Below, in pieces: positions 9,561 through 20,384 of a DNA stretch of 64,000 bases; the stretch's first letter is position 1, and the number at the start of each line of letters is the position of its first letter. The translations under genes were made by a program, and so were the position numbers. The DNA comes from Promethearchaeota archaeon (GTDB taxonomy: Archaea; Asgardarchaeota; Lokiarchaeia; Sigyniarchaeales; SOKP01), in the NCBI GenBank assembly GCA_048937405.1, contig JBHLNF010000010.1:53338-117337 (forward strand), given 5' to 3'. Under the pieces are notes generated by a model. It was given only the letters and a program-made list of their open reading frames with translations, did no database searches and was not told where the DNA came from.

Positions 9561-10688
9561 ATGGAATTGAAAACTCTTTATAGTCCTGAAAAAATAGCAA
9601 ATATTCAAATAAAAAATAGAATTGTTCGCTCAGCCACCTTTATGGCAAGTTCAGAAAAATATGGGTATGTCGGAGAAAATCTTATTAATATTAACAGCAA
9701 ATTAGCAAGTGGAGGTACCGGATTGATAATATCAGGTTATACTGCTGTAGATCCAGGCGGTACTGCAAGTCCCTATCAGGAGTGCATATATAATGACTCC
9801 TTTATCCCGGGTCAAAAGAAATTAGTGAAAGCGGTTCATGAATATCCAGATGTAAAATTTGCTCTTCAAATAGCGCATACAGGTCGATTAGGGTATCATC
9901 CTAAATATCCAACGGTAGCACCATCACCTATCCCTGTAAAGGAAACAGGTATAATACCACGAGAATTAACATCTGAAGAAATTGAAGAACTAGTACAGAA
10001 GTTTATAGATTCAGGAAGAAGAGGGTATGAATGTGGCTATGACATGGTTCAATTACATGCTGCTCATGGATACTTTTTAAGTAATTTTATTTCACCATAT
10101 ACGAATAAAAGAACAGATGAATATGGTGGAAGTATTGAAAATAGAGCTAGAATTATAATTAATATATATAATGGTTTAAGAGATGAATTAGGTAAGGATT
10201 TTCCAATAATGATTAAACTCCAGATTGATGATTTTATCCCAAATGGGCTTCAATTTGAAGAGGGGATTAAATTTGCTAAATTATTCTCTGAGATTGGTTT
10301 TGATGCTATTGAGCCGAGTGGAGGTAGTGAAGAAACAAGAGTGTTAACAAAAAAATCATATCCTTCTCTAATTATTAAATCCTCGGATGATGAGAATTAT
10401 TTCTTACCTTACGCTAAAAAAATAAAACCATTAATGAAGAATTGTAAATTAATTTTAGTGGGTGGTATTAGAGATCCACTACAAGCTAATAAAATCATTC
10501 AAGATAAAAATACGGATTTTATTTCCTTATGTAGACCTTTAATATATGAACCAGATCTTCCAAATCGTTGGAAAGCAGGAGATCATTCACCAGCAAAATG
10601 CATTAGTTGCAATAATTGTTTTCCAAGATTTAGAGATGGTACAGTATATTGTGTAACTAAAAATCAGTTAAAAAAAAAAAAAAAATAA
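9561..10688 (+). CDS. NADH:flavin oxidoreductase (Old Yellow Enzyme family)
   Basis: IKNRIVRSAT, QLHAAHGYFLSNFISP, NKRTDEYGGS, C-terminal CISCNNC. Confidence 0.92.
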   Translation: MELKTLYSPEKIANIQIKNRIVRSATFMASSEKYGYVGENLININSKLASGGTGLIISGYTAVDPGGTASPYQECIYNDSFIPGQKKLVKAVHEYPDVKFALQIAHTGRLGYHPKYPTVAPSPIPVKETGIIPRELTSEEIEELVQKFIDSGRRGYECGYDMVQLHAAHGYFLSNFISPYTNKRTDEYGGSIENRARIIINIYNGLRDELGKDFPIMIKLQIDDFIPNGLQFEEGIKFAKLFSEIGFDAIEPSGGSEETRVLTKKSYPSLIIKSSDDENYFLPYAKKIKPLMKNCKLILVGGIRDPLQANKIIQDKNTDFISLCRPLIYEPDLPNRWKAGDHSPAKCISCNNCFPRFRDGTVYCVTKNQLKKKKK

Positions 10689-10856
10689 TATAATTTTGTG
10701 GAAAATATAGAGATTCTTAAGGCTCTGTGCATGGAATGATAGTATGGTAATGATTAACGATTTCCCCTCTTTTTATTTTTATCATAGGTATCCCTTCACT
10801 TTAATAAAAATAGCATATAATTTATTATAATAAAAATATTATCAAAAACGATTAGA

Positions 10857-11981
10857 ATGGTATTGGATACTTTATTCAGTCCAAAAAATATTGGAAATGT
10901 TCAAATAAAAAATCGTATAGTACGAAGTGCGACTTTTACGAATACAGCAGAGAAATATGGTTATATTGGAGATAAATTCATTGAACTTTATGAAATTTTA
11001 GCTAAAGGAGGTACTGGATTAATCATTACAGAAGCAATGGCGGTCGATCCAAGTGGAACTGGAGGTCCATATCAAGCATGTTTGTATGATGATTCACATA
11101 ATCCTGGACACAAAAAACTAGTAAATAAAGTTCATGAATCTAGTGATACAAAAATTGCCATTCAACTTGTTCATACAGGGCGTTTAGGTTATCATCCTAA
11201 ATATCCAACGGTAGCACCATCACCTATCCCTGTAAAGGAAACTGGTATTACACCGAAAGAATTATCTACTGAAGAGGTATACGAATTTATACAAAAATTT
11301 GTTACATCTGGTATAAGAGCTTATGAATGTGGATATGATATGGTACAACTTCACGCAGCTCATGGTTATTTCCTTAGCAATTTTATATCACCCTTTACTA
11401 ATAAGCGAAATGATGATTTTGGAGGGTCAATTCAAAAGAGGACAAAAATTTTAATAGATATATATAATGGCATTAGAGATGAAATCGGGAAGAAATTCCC
11501 TATTTTAATAAAACTCCAAGTAGTAGATGCCATTCCAAATGGGTTAATAGAAAAGGAAGGGATTAAACTTGCTAAAATCCTTACTGACGCTGGTTTTGAT
11601 GCAATTGAACCAAGTGGAGGAAGTAGAGAATCGCAGATGTTTGAAAAAAATACTTTTCCTAGTAAAGTGGTTAAAAAGCCTGAGGATGAAAATTATTTCT
11701 TACCAATCGCAAAAAAAATAAAACCAATTTTGAAAAATTGTGCTTTAATACTCGTAGGAGGAATTAGAAATCCCATGTCGGTTGAATCAATTCTACAAAA
11801 TAATGATGTTGATTTTGTTTCATTGAGTAGACCTCTAATTTATGAACCAGAACTTCCTAACCGTTGGCAAAAGGGTGATACTTCGCCAGCGAAATGCATA
11901 AGTTGTAATTCTTGCTATACAATTATGGAAAAAGGAGTTCCTGTTTATTGCGTAACTAAAAAGAATCTAGAAAATAAATGA
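10857..11981 (+). CDS. NADH:flavin oxidoreductase (OYE family), tandem paralog
   Basis: Same motifs as upstream gene. Confidence 0.92.
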   Translation: MVLDTLFSPKNIGNVQIKNRIVRSATFTNTAEKYGYIGDKFIELYEILAKGGTGLIITEAMAVDPSGTGGPYQACLYDDSHNPGHKKLVNKVHESSDTKIAIQLVHTGRLGYHPKYPTVAPSPIPVKETGITPKELSTEEVYEFIQKFVTSGIRAYECGYDMVQLHAAHGYFLSNFISPFTNKRNDDFGGSIQKRTKILIDIYNGIRDEIGKKFPILIKLQVVDAIPNGLIEKEGIKLAKILTDAGFDAIEPSGGSRESQMFEKNTFPSKVVKKPEDENYFLPIAKKIKPILKNCALILVGGIRNPMSVESILQNNDVDFVSLSRPLIYEPELPNRWQKGDTSPAKCISCNSCYTIMEKGVPVYCVTKKNLENK

Positions 11982-12069
11982 TATGGTAAAACGATTTGAT
12001 AAATAATCATCAAAAAATCTATAAAATAAACATTCTAAAATGAATTCAAGGAGTATTTAAATTAGAATT

Positions 12070-12981
12070 ATGAGTAAAACAGCATATACTGGCCATCTAT
12101 TTCAATTTCGCTCAATAGAGAGGAAGAGACTGATTTTATCTCTATCGATCACTTTAATTGTTTTGATTTTAGAGATTATTGGAGGTTTAGTAACCAATAG
12201 TATTGCTTTAATCAGTGATGCTGGTCATATGTTTACACATGCTTTCGCAATTGCAGTAAGTTTATTAGCAAATTTTATTGCAGGAAAACCATCATGTCAC
12301 CATAAAACTTTTGGTATGTATCGTGCAGAAGTTTTAGCTGCTTTTATAAATGGAATACTTCTAATTCCAATTGTTGGATTTATACTATATGAATCTATCC
12401 TAAGATTTATAAGCCCTAAAGAGATTTTTGGATATTATATGTTAATAGTAGCTTTTATTGGTCTTGGTGTGAATTTATCAAGCATTATTATACTTCAAGG
12501 AAGCAAAAATGTAAGTTTAAATATAAGAAGTGTATTTTATCATATGATTGCTGATGCAGCATCATCTATAGGAATTGTAATTGCCGCAATCATTATTATA
12601 TATACTGGATTGGTTATTCTGGATCCTATAGTAAGTATAGGGATATCTATAGTTATTATTTATTGGGCATATGGAATTTTAAAAGAATCCACTCGTATTC
12701 TACTTGAGATGGCACCAAAGGGAATGAATATAGATAATATCAATGAGGAATTAAAAAAGAATTTTCCAGAAATAATAGATTTATATAATGCTCACCTATG
12801 GACAATCATTCCAAATATACTTGTATATTCTGTGCATATTAAACTAAATGATAAACAGAGAAATGAAAATCAAGAAGAACTTATTTTAAAAATGAATGAT
12901 TTCCTATCCCAAAAATTTAAAATTATCGAATCAACGATACAGATTATACCAAAAAATATGTCAGTAACATGTAATATTTGA
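12070..12981 (+). CDS. Cation diffusion facilitator (CzcD/ZitB-like Zn/Co/Cd efflux)
   Basis: SIALISDAGHM, TFGMYRAEVLAAFING, HMIAD, DP motifs. Confidence 0.92.
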   Translation: MSKTAYTGHLFQFRSIERKRLILSLSITLIVLILEIIGGLVTNSIALISDAGHMFTHAFAIAVSLLANFIAGKPSCHHKTFGMYRAEVLAAFINGILLIPIVGFILYESILRFISPKEIFGYYMLIVAFIGLGVNLSSIIILQGSKNVSLNIRSVFYHMIADAASSIGIVIAAIIIIYTGLVILDPIVSIGISIVIIYWAYGILKESTRILLEMAPKGMNIDNINEELKKNFPEIIDLYNAHLWTIIPNILVYSVHIKLNDKQRNENQEELILKMNDFLSQKFKIIESTIQIIPKNMSVTCNI

Positions 12982-13084
12982 AAGTTAATATTTTAAAAAT
13001 ATAAAATAAACATTTAAATAAAGTTCTAACCGAAAAATATTAAGAAAAAAAATTTTATCATTAAAATAAAAAGAGGATTTTAAA

Positions 13085-13519
13085 ATGTCATCCGAAAAGA
13101 AAGTAGACCCTTTTGCTGTAATAATTTTGGTATTAAGTATAATTGGGATAATTTTAGTCGCAAGTCAATATTTTGCTGGTTTTTATCTGGGTGGAGGGAA
13201 TTATAGATATTCTTGTTTAGATTGTGAATATGCTACATACGTCGATTTAGCAGCACAGATAATAATAATAATTTTGCTAATAGTACAAATAATTGTTGTT
13301 GTAAATGATTTACTTCCAAACAGGTTTATTGAAAAAAATCTTGACTTAATTGGGATAGTTTTGAGTGGTCTTACTATACTTTTTACTATAATAGGATTAG
13401 GTGCTTTTGGCCTTAAATATAGACTATATGAATGGTGGCCTGAAACAGGTTTTTATGGAGCGATTATTGCGGGAATACTCAACCTTATATTGTTTTTCTT
13501 AAAATATAAAAATAGATAA
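13085..13519 (+). CDS. Hypothetical 4-TM membrane protein with CxxC in first loop
   Basis: 144-aa ORF, GAGGA RBS, four hydrophobic helices. Confidence 0.75.
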   Translation: MSSEKKVDPFAVIILVLSIIGIILVASQYFAGFYLGGGNYRYSCLDCEYATYVDLAAQIIIIILLIVQIIVVVNDLLPNRFIEKNLDLIGIVLSGLTILFTIIGLGAFGLKYRLYEWWPETGFYGAIIAGILNLILFFLKYKNR

Positions 13520-13630
13520 TTTCTTCATTTTTACCTTTTTTTTTGAATTTTCAAAATAATTTGGTAATTGTAAATTAAGTTTTTTAAATTCAATACTTTT
13601 TCTACATTAGAATTTTGAGTAGATTAGATA

Positions 13631-14809
13631 ATGGAAAAAACTTATAAATCAAATATTTACAAAATTTATATTTTTTCGTTTATTTTGGGTATTCATACCG
13701 TTAGAGCGGTATATATCCCATTTATGATGGATTGGGGGGGCCTTTCCTTTTTCCAAATCATGATTTTACAAAGTTACTTTACAGCAATGATTGTTATACT
13801 TGAAATTCCTTCTGGGGCAATAGCAGATTTCTTGGGTCGTAGATTAGCTTTAATTTTATCCACATTTTCAGTTGCAAGTGCCGCGTTCACATATGGTATC
13901 ATCCCTAACTTTTTTTTATTTATGCTTGCTGAAACTTTATGGGCTTTTGGTGTAGCTTTAAGTTCTGGAACGAATGAAGCTTTTGTTTATTTTTCTTTAA
14001 AGTCATATGGTAAAGAAAAGGATCTCTCAACGATTTTGGGAAAATCTCAGACTTTAAATTTGATTGCTTTGACGATTTCTGCTCCTATAGGTTCTCTTAT
14101 CGCACAATTTATCTCTCTACAATTTACTATGACATGTTTAGCTATTATTTATATTGGAGCTCTAATTGTAGCTTTTACATTTAAAGAACCAAAATTAACA
14201 GATAATAATTATAAACAGGAAAGTTATTGGAAGATAATAATATCTGGATTTAAAGAATTGAAAAAAAATAATATACTTAAGAGCTTAGCTTTTGACTTGA
14301 TTCCAATAAATGTTTTAATATTTTTTTTATTTTGGACATATCAAGTATATTTAGATGTTATTAACATTCCAATATTCGTTTTTGGATTTATTTTATCTTT
14401 TATGAATATTATAAATGCTATTTTTTCTATTTTAATCCCTTATTTATTGAAAAAATCTTCCAATAAGAAGATATTTTTAATTATTATTAATTTAATAAAT
14501 GGTATAGCCTTTATTTCATTAGGATTCACTACAATCATCCCTATCGGTATTGCCATAATTCTTATAATTGTAGCTTTCGGTTACACAAGATATTTTATAT
14601 TTGTTAATGGGATAAATTTACAGATTGAATCTGAGAATAGAGCTACAGTCCTTAGCACAATAAATATGTTTGGGAGCCTTATTAGAGCACTTATTTATCC
14701 TTTCATAGGGCTCATCGTAGAGTGGAATGTATTTGCTGTTTTTATTAGTACAGGAATATTAATCTTAGTCTTGACAATTTTCACTCGTTCTAAAAGCGAA
14801 TACCTTTAA
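13631..14809 (+). CDS. MFS transporter
   Basis: EIPSGAIADFLGRR motif A, about 12 TM, RATVLS. Confidence 0.92.
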   Translation: MEKTYKSNIYKIYIFSFILGIHTVRAVYIPFMMDWGGLSFFQIMILQSYFTAMIVILEIPSGAIADFLGRRLALILSTFSVASAAFTYGIIPNFFLFMLAETLWAFGVALSSGTNEAFVYFSLKSYGKEKDLSTILGKSQTLNLIALTISAPIGSLIAQFISLQFTMTCLAIIYIGALIVAFTFKEPKLTDNNYKQESYWKIIISGFKELKKNNILKSLAFDLIPINVLIFFLFWTYQVYLDVINIPIFVFGFILSFMNIINAIFSILIPYLLKKSSNKKIFLIIINLINGIAFISLGFTTIIPIGIAIILIIVAFGYTRYFIFVNGINLQIESENRATVLSTINMFGSLIRALIYPFIGLIVEWNVFAVFISTGILILVLTIFTRSKSEYL

Positions 14810-14850
14810 AAGAAGTAAAAAATTTAAGAAGAGGGGGTTGTGATGTATTT

Positions 14851-16545
14851 TTAACCTTCTTTTTCAGCCCTTTCTCTTAATTTCCTACGAAAAATTTTAC
14901 CTACTGCAGTTCTTGGTAATACAGTTATGAATTCTACTATTCTTGGATATTTATATCCTGCTAGTTTATCTTTTGACCATTCAATAATATCTTGCTCTGT
15001 TACTTTTCCTTGATATTCTGGTTTAAGAGCTATATAGGCTTTAATATTTTCACCAATATTCGGATCAGGAGCTGAAACTACTCCAACTTCCAAAACTGCT
15101 GGATGTTCATGTAATTTTTCTTCAACTTCTTTAGGCATAACTTTATAGCCTTTATATTTTATAATATCTTTGGTCCGTCCCTCTATATAAAAATAGCCCC
15201 GCTCATCCATTCGAGCTAAATCTCCTGTTCTGAGCCAATCACCAGCAAAAGCTTCTGCTGTAGCTTTGGGATTTTTCCAATAGCCCTTCATTACTTGGGG
15301 TCCTTTAATTAATAATTCTCCTACTTCACCAATAGGGAGTTCTTCTAATGTATCAGGATTTACGATTTTTGCATCTGTATCGACTAATGGGACACCTATA
15401 CTTTCCGGAATTCTTTCGGGTAACCATCTAAATTGACTATGAGTCGCTGGTGAAGCCTCAGTTAGACCAAATCCTTGACCGACTTTAAATCCAACTACCT
15501 CTTCCCATTTTCTATTTATTACCGGAGGTAATGTTGCGGATCCAGATGATGCACCTTCTAGACTTGTAAGATCTCGTTTGTAAAAATCGGGAGAATTAAC
15601 TAACATCTGATACATTACTGGTACACCTGAAAAAGTTTTACATTTATAATATTCAATTGCTTCTAAAACTTCGGTTGGATTAAATGAGCTAAACATAACT
15701 AACATTGAGGCGACTATTGAAGCTATAATCAAGACAAAAAAACCAAAGCTATGACAAACAGGGAGCAGTATTAAACCTACCCCTGTACCATAAAGATCTT
15801 TAGGATCCTCTCTGGATTCTCTGGAACTCTGGCCAAAACATATAATGTCGGAAATTAGATTAAAATGTGTTAACATGACTCCTTTAGGTAATCCTGTGGT
15901 ACCTCCTGTATATAATAATGCTGCTAAATCATTCACAGGGTCTACTTCAATATCAGGCGCTTTTGCTTCTTTATCTTTTATAAATTCTTCTAGAGTAATA
16001 GTTTCGGGTCTAGCCTCCTCTGCTTGAAGTAAAATTATATTTTTTATTTGAATCTTTTTTCGTACTTTTTTGATTGTTCTGAAAAGACTTTTATGGACAA
16101 AAACTACGTTAATATTTCCTGCATCTCTAATGATATGCGTCACATCTTCCTCTTTGAGAAGCGGATTTATTGGAACAACAGCTGCACCAGTCGACATGAT
16201 TCCTACACAACAAAATAAAAACTCGGGGCAATTAGCAGTCATAATGCCAACAGCATCCCCTTTTTTTATGCCTTGTTCGTATAAAGCATTAGCTATTTTG
16301 TCTGATATATAAAGCATTTCACGATAAGTGTACTTTTTATCTGTTGGTTTATAATAAACACAGACATTGTTAGGAAAGTCTGATGCTGATCGTCTGATAC
16401 GTTCATGTATAGGGATTGGTTCAAATTTTACTGTTTTTGGAATATAATCTGGTTTAAGTTTTAACCATGGACGATCCAAACTTTCGAGGTAAGGAGATTC
16501 ATTGTCATAATCTGGTATTGATTCCCAATCTGAATAATCCTTCAT
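14851..16545 (-). CDS. Long-chain fatty acid-CoA ligase (AMP-binding)
   Basis: YTGGTTGLPKG P-loop, GFGLTE, TGD, GRTKD, PRTAVGKI. Confidence 0.93.
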   Translation of the reverse strand: MKDYSDWESIPDYDNESPYLESLDRPWLKLKPDYIPKTVKFEPIPIHERIRRSASDFPNNVCVYYKPTDKKYTYREMLYISDKIANALYEQGIKKGDAVGIMTANCPEFLFCCVGIMSTGAAVVPINPLLKEEDVTHIIRDAGNINVVFVHKSLFRTIKKVRKKIQIKNIILLQAEEARPETITLEEFIKDKEAKAPDIEVDPVNDLAALLYTGGTTGLPKGVMLTHFNLISDIICFGQSSRESREDPKDLYGTGVGLILLPVCHSFGFFVLIIASIVASMLVMFSSFNPTEVLEAIEYYKCKTFSGVPVMYQMLVNSPDFYKRDLTSLEGASSGSATLPPVINRKWEEVVGFKVGQGFGLTEASPATHSQFRWLPERIPESIGVPLVDTDAKIVNPDTLEELPIGEVGELLIKGPQVMKGYWKNPKATAEAFAGDWLRTGDLARMDERGYFYIEGRTKDIIKYKGYKVMPKEVEEKLHEHPAVLEVGVVSAPDPNIGENIKAYIALKPEYQGKVTEQDIIEWSKDKLAGYKYPRIVEFITVLPRTAVGKIFRRKLRERAEKEG

Positions 16546-16696
16546 AATAAAGACTCTTTAAGTTTAATTTTATAATAATTTCAAATTAGACTAGGCAAAC
16601 AATATAATAGAAAATAACAACTTTCTTTATAAAAATATTTCTCTGAAAAACAAACAGAAATTTTATCAAGATTATCAGAAAAAAAAATAAAAAAGA

Positions 16697-18415
16697 TTAA
16701 GAAGAGGAGGTTTCGATGTATTTTTCACCTTCTTTTTCAGCCCTTTCTCTTAATTTCCTACGAAAAATTTTACCTACTGCAGTTCTTGGTAATACAGTTA
16801 TGAATTCTACTATACGTGGATATTTATATCCTGCTAATTTTTCTTTTGACCATTCAATAATATCTTGTTCTGTTACTTTTCCTTGGTATTCCGGCTTAAG
16901 AGCTATATAGGCTTTAATTGTTTCACCAATATTCGGATCAGGGGCAGAAACTACTCCTACTTCTAAAATTGCTGGATGTTCATATAATTTTTCTTCAATT
17001 TCTTTAGGCATTACTTTATAACCTTTATATTTTATAATATCTTTGGTCCGTCCCTCTATATAAAAAAGTCCTCGTTCATCCATTCTGGCTAAATCTCCTG
17101 TTCTGAGCCAATCACCAACAAAAGCTTCTGCTGTAGCTTCGGGATTTTTCCAATAGCCCTTCATTACTTGGGGTCCTTTAATTAATAATTCCCCAACCTC
17201 TCCAATAGGGAGTTCCTCCAATGTGTCTGGATTTACGATTTTTGCATCAGTATCGACTATTGGGATACCTATACTTTCGGGTACTTTCTCTAACCATCTT
17301 GGTTGATAATGTGTAATTGGTGAAGCTTCAGTTAGACCAAATCCTTGACTTACTTTAATTCCAACTACATCTTCCCATTTTTTATTTAATTCTAAAGCTA
17401 ATGCTGCAGATCCGGATCCTGCACTTTCAATAAATGAAAAATCTCGTTTAGCAAAATCGGGTGAATTAACTAACATCTGATACATCACAGGTACTCCTGT
17501 AAAGGTTTTAGGTCTATAGTATTCTATTGCATCCAAAATTTCAGTTGGATTAAATGAGCCAAACATAACTAACATTGCGGCAATTACCGATGATACAATT
17601 AAGACTTGAAAACCAAAACTATGACAAATAGGTAATACTAGTAAACTTACTCGTTTGCCATAAAGATCTTCAGGATCTTCAAAACCTTCTCTATTAGTAT
17701 TCATGGAACACAATGTATTGGAAATTAGATTAAAATGTGTTAACATGACTCCTTTAGGTAATCCTGTGGTACCTCCTGTATATAATAATGCTGCTAAATC
17801 ATTCACAGGGTCTACTTCAATATCAGGCGCTTTTGCTTCTTTATCTTTTATAAATTCTTCTAGAGTAATAGTTTCGGGTTTGGCCTCCTCTGCTTGAAGT
17901 AAAATTACATTTTTTACTGAAATCTTCTTTCGTACCTTTTTCATTGTTCTGAAAAGATTTTTATGGACAAAAACTGTGTCGATATTTCCAGCATCACTAA
18001 TAATATGGATCACATCTTCCTCTTTGAGAAGTGGATTTATTGGAACAACAGCTGCACCAGTTGCCATGATCCCTACACAACAAAACAAAAATTCGGGGCA
18101 ATTTCCTGTCATAATACCAACTGCATTGCCTTTTTTTATGCCCTCTTCGTATAATGCATTAGCTATTTTGTCTGATATATGAAGCATTTCACGATATGTG
18201 TACTTTTTATCTGTTGGTTTATAATAAACACAGACATTATTAGGATATTCCAATGCTGCTAGCTTGATGCGTTCATGTATAGGAATTGGTTCAAATTTTA
18301 CTGTTTTTGGAATATAATCAGGCATAATTTTTCTCCATGGACGATCCATAGTTTCAAGGTAAGGAGAATCATTATCGTAATCTGGTATGGCTTCCCAACC
18401 TGAATAATCCTTCAT
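16697..18415 (-). CDS. Long-chain fatty acid-CoA ligase, tandem paralog 2
   Basis: Same motifs; ATG 18415 matches the MKDYS start of paralog 1 (track starts at GTG 18433). Confidence 0.93.
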   Translation of the reverse strand: MKDYSGWEAIPDYDNDSPYLETMDRPWRKIMPDYIPKTVKFEPIPIHERIKLAALEYPNNVCVYYKPTDKKYTYREMLHISDKIANALYEEGIKKGNAVGIMTGNCPEFLFCCVGIMATGAAVVPINPLLKEEDVIHIISDAGNIDTVFVHKNLFRTMKKVRKKISVKNVILLQAEEAKPETITLEEFIKDKEAKAPDIEVDPVNDLAALLYTGGTTGLPKGVMLTHFNLISNTLCSMNTNREGFEDPEDLYGKRVSLLVLPICHSFGFQVLIVSSVIAAMLVMFGSFNPTEILDAIEYYRPKTFTGVPVMYQMLVNSPDFAKRDFSFIESAGSGSAALALELNKKWEDVVGIKVSQGFGLTEASPITHYQPRWLEKVPESIGIPIVDTDAKIVNPDTLEELPIGEVGELLIKGPQVMKGYWKNPEATAEAFVGDWLRTGDLARMDERGLFYIEGRTKDIIKYKGYKVMPKEIEEKLYEHPAILEVGVVSAPDPNIGETIKAYIALKPEYQGKVTEQDIIEWSKEKLAGYKYPRIVEFITVLPRTAVGKIFRRKLRERAEKEGEKYIETSSS

Positions 18416-18575
18416 AATTTCTTTTAACCTCACATACTATTTTTATATTTATATCAAACTAGATTGATAATGTTATAAAAAATTATATTTTAGTATTTAA
18501 ATATCTAACACTATGAACAGAATTGATATTTCACTGATAATAATAAAACTAAAAAAAAATAATTTGTAATGTTAG

Positions 18576-20279
18576 TTATTTATTTTTCTCAATCTCTCTA
18601 TCGCGTAATATTCTTCTGAATATTTTTCCTACAGCAGTTCGAGGTAATGAGTCCAAAAATTCTACTTGTCGTGGATATTTATAAGCAGCCATCTTATCCT
18701 TTGACCATTCGATAATCTCTTGTTCAGATATTTTTCCTTTGTATTCTGGTTTGAGCGCAATAAATGCTTTTATATTTTCCCCAATATTTGGATCAGGAAC
18801 AGAAACCACACCTACTTCTAAGACAGCGGGGTGTTCAAATAATTTCTCTTCAACCTCTCTCGGCATTACTTTGTACCCTTTGTATTTTATCATATCTTTG
18901 GTTCGTCCTTCAATATAAAAATAACCCCGCTCATCCATTCGAGCTAAATCACCGGTTCTTAGCCAATCCCCAACAAGAACCTCTGCTGTTGCCTCTGGTC
19001 TTTTCCAATATCCCTTCATGATTTGAGGCCCTTTAACTAATAATTCTCCAACCTCTCCAATAGGGAGTTCTTCTAACGTGTCTGGATTTACTATTTTTGC
19101 ATCTGTGTCAAGGACTGGCATACCTATACTTGCTGGAATTATTTCGGGGAACCATCTAGCTTGCCCATGGGTGACTGGTGATGCCTCAGTTAAGCCATAT
19201 CCTTGCATTACTTTAAATCCTACTACTTCTTCCCATCTCTTATTCAATTCTGGAGCAAGAGCGGCAGAACCACAACCCGACTCTTGTAAACTTGAAAGAT
19301 CTCGTTTAGTAAAATTAGGTGAATTGATTAACATTTGATACATAACAGGTACACCTACAAACTGATCACACCTATAGTATTCAATTGTTTCTAATACCTC
19401 AGAAGGATTAAAAGAAGATAACATTATAAGCATACGAGCTGTGTGAAGACTTGTAAGCGCTACTATGAAGCCAAAAGAGTGACATAAAGGTAAAACCGCT
19501 AAACGAGTACCTGTGCCATAATAACTCTTATCTTCTCTTTCTAATTCTGCATCTCGTTGACCATATATAACAGAAAGAGCGTTTGCAACTAAATTATTAT
19601 GAGTTAACATAACACCTTTTGGTAGTCCCGTTGTTCCCCCTGTATACAATAGTGAAGCGATATCGTTGGTGGGATCAATCTCCACTTGTGGAGCTTTAGG
19701 TGGTTTATCTTTGATGAATTCTTCATATCTAACAGCCCCTTCTTCAGCTTTTTCAGCACCCAATAAAATTACATTCTCTATATCAACTGTTTCTTGCGCT
19801 TTTTTAACAACTGGATAATTAGCTTTATGTACAAATATAGTATTAATATTTCCAGCATCACTAGCAACATGAATTACAGAATCTTCTCTTAAAAGAGCGT
19901 TAATGGGAATTACCATAGCTCCTGTTTCCAATATTCCAGTAGTACAAAATAAAAATTCAGGGCAATTTGGTGTCATAATTGCTACACCATCAGATTTCTT
20001 TACGCCAATTTCATTTAAAGCATAGGCGGTTTGATCTGATATGTGAAGGAAATCTCTAAAAGTATAATGCTTATCTTGAGGTTTGTAGTATACGCATACA
20101 GTGTTCGCATATTTCTCAGCATTCAACCTTGCAAAAGTGTGTACGGGTATAGGATCGAATTTTATTGCTTTTGGCATAGTATCTGGAGAGAACTTTAACC
20201 ATGGACGATCCTTACTTTCAAGGTAAGGAGAATCATTATCATAGTCATTATATGGTGCCCAATTTGAATAATCTATCAT
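18576..20279 (-). CDS. Long-chain fatty acid-CoA ligase, tandem paralog 3
   Basis: Same motifs (GYGLTE). Confidence 0.93.
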   Translation of the reverse strand: MIDYSNWAPYNDYDNDSPYLESKDRPWLKFSPDTMPKAIKFDPIPVHTFARLNAEKYANTVCVYYKPQDKHYTFRDFLHISDQTAYALNEIGVKKSDGVAIMTPNCPEFLFCTTGILETGAMVIPINALLREDSVIHVASDAGNINTIFVHKANYPVVKKAQETVDIENVILLGAEKAEEGAVRYEEFIKDKPPKAPQVEIDPTNDIASLLYTGGTTGLPKGVMLTHNNLVANALSVIYGQRDAELEREDKSYYGTGTRLAVLPLCHSFGFIVALTSLHTARMLIMLSSFNPSEVLETIEYYRCDQFVGVPVMYQMLINSPNFTKRDLSSLQESGCGSAALAPELNKRWEEVVGFKVMQGYGLTEASPVTHGQARWFPEIIPASIGMPVLDTDAKIVNPDTLEELPIGEVGELLVKGPQIMKGYWKRPEATAEVLVGDWLRTGDLARMDERGYFYIEGRTKDMIKYKGYKVMPREVEEKLFEHPAVLEVGVVSVPDPNIGENIKAFIALKPEYKGKISEQEIIEWSKDKMAAYKYPRQVEFLDSLPRTAVGKIFRRILRDREIEKNK

Positions 20280-20384
20280 ATAACATCACATCTTTAATAT
20301 AGATTTTTTTGTGTTAATAAAAATAAATTATAATAGAATTTAAATTTAGAAATATAAAAGTGTTTCCTCAGAAAAAAAAAAGAA

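Noticed and set aside
10670-10685. A16 run at the end of the first OYE gene as a phase-variation tract
   Set aside because: Lies at the extreme 3' end after all motifs; length change would barely alter the protein, and homopolymers are error-prone
15845-19338. Plus-strand ORFs repeated within the ligase genes
   Set aside because: Antisense shadows of paralogous coding sequence
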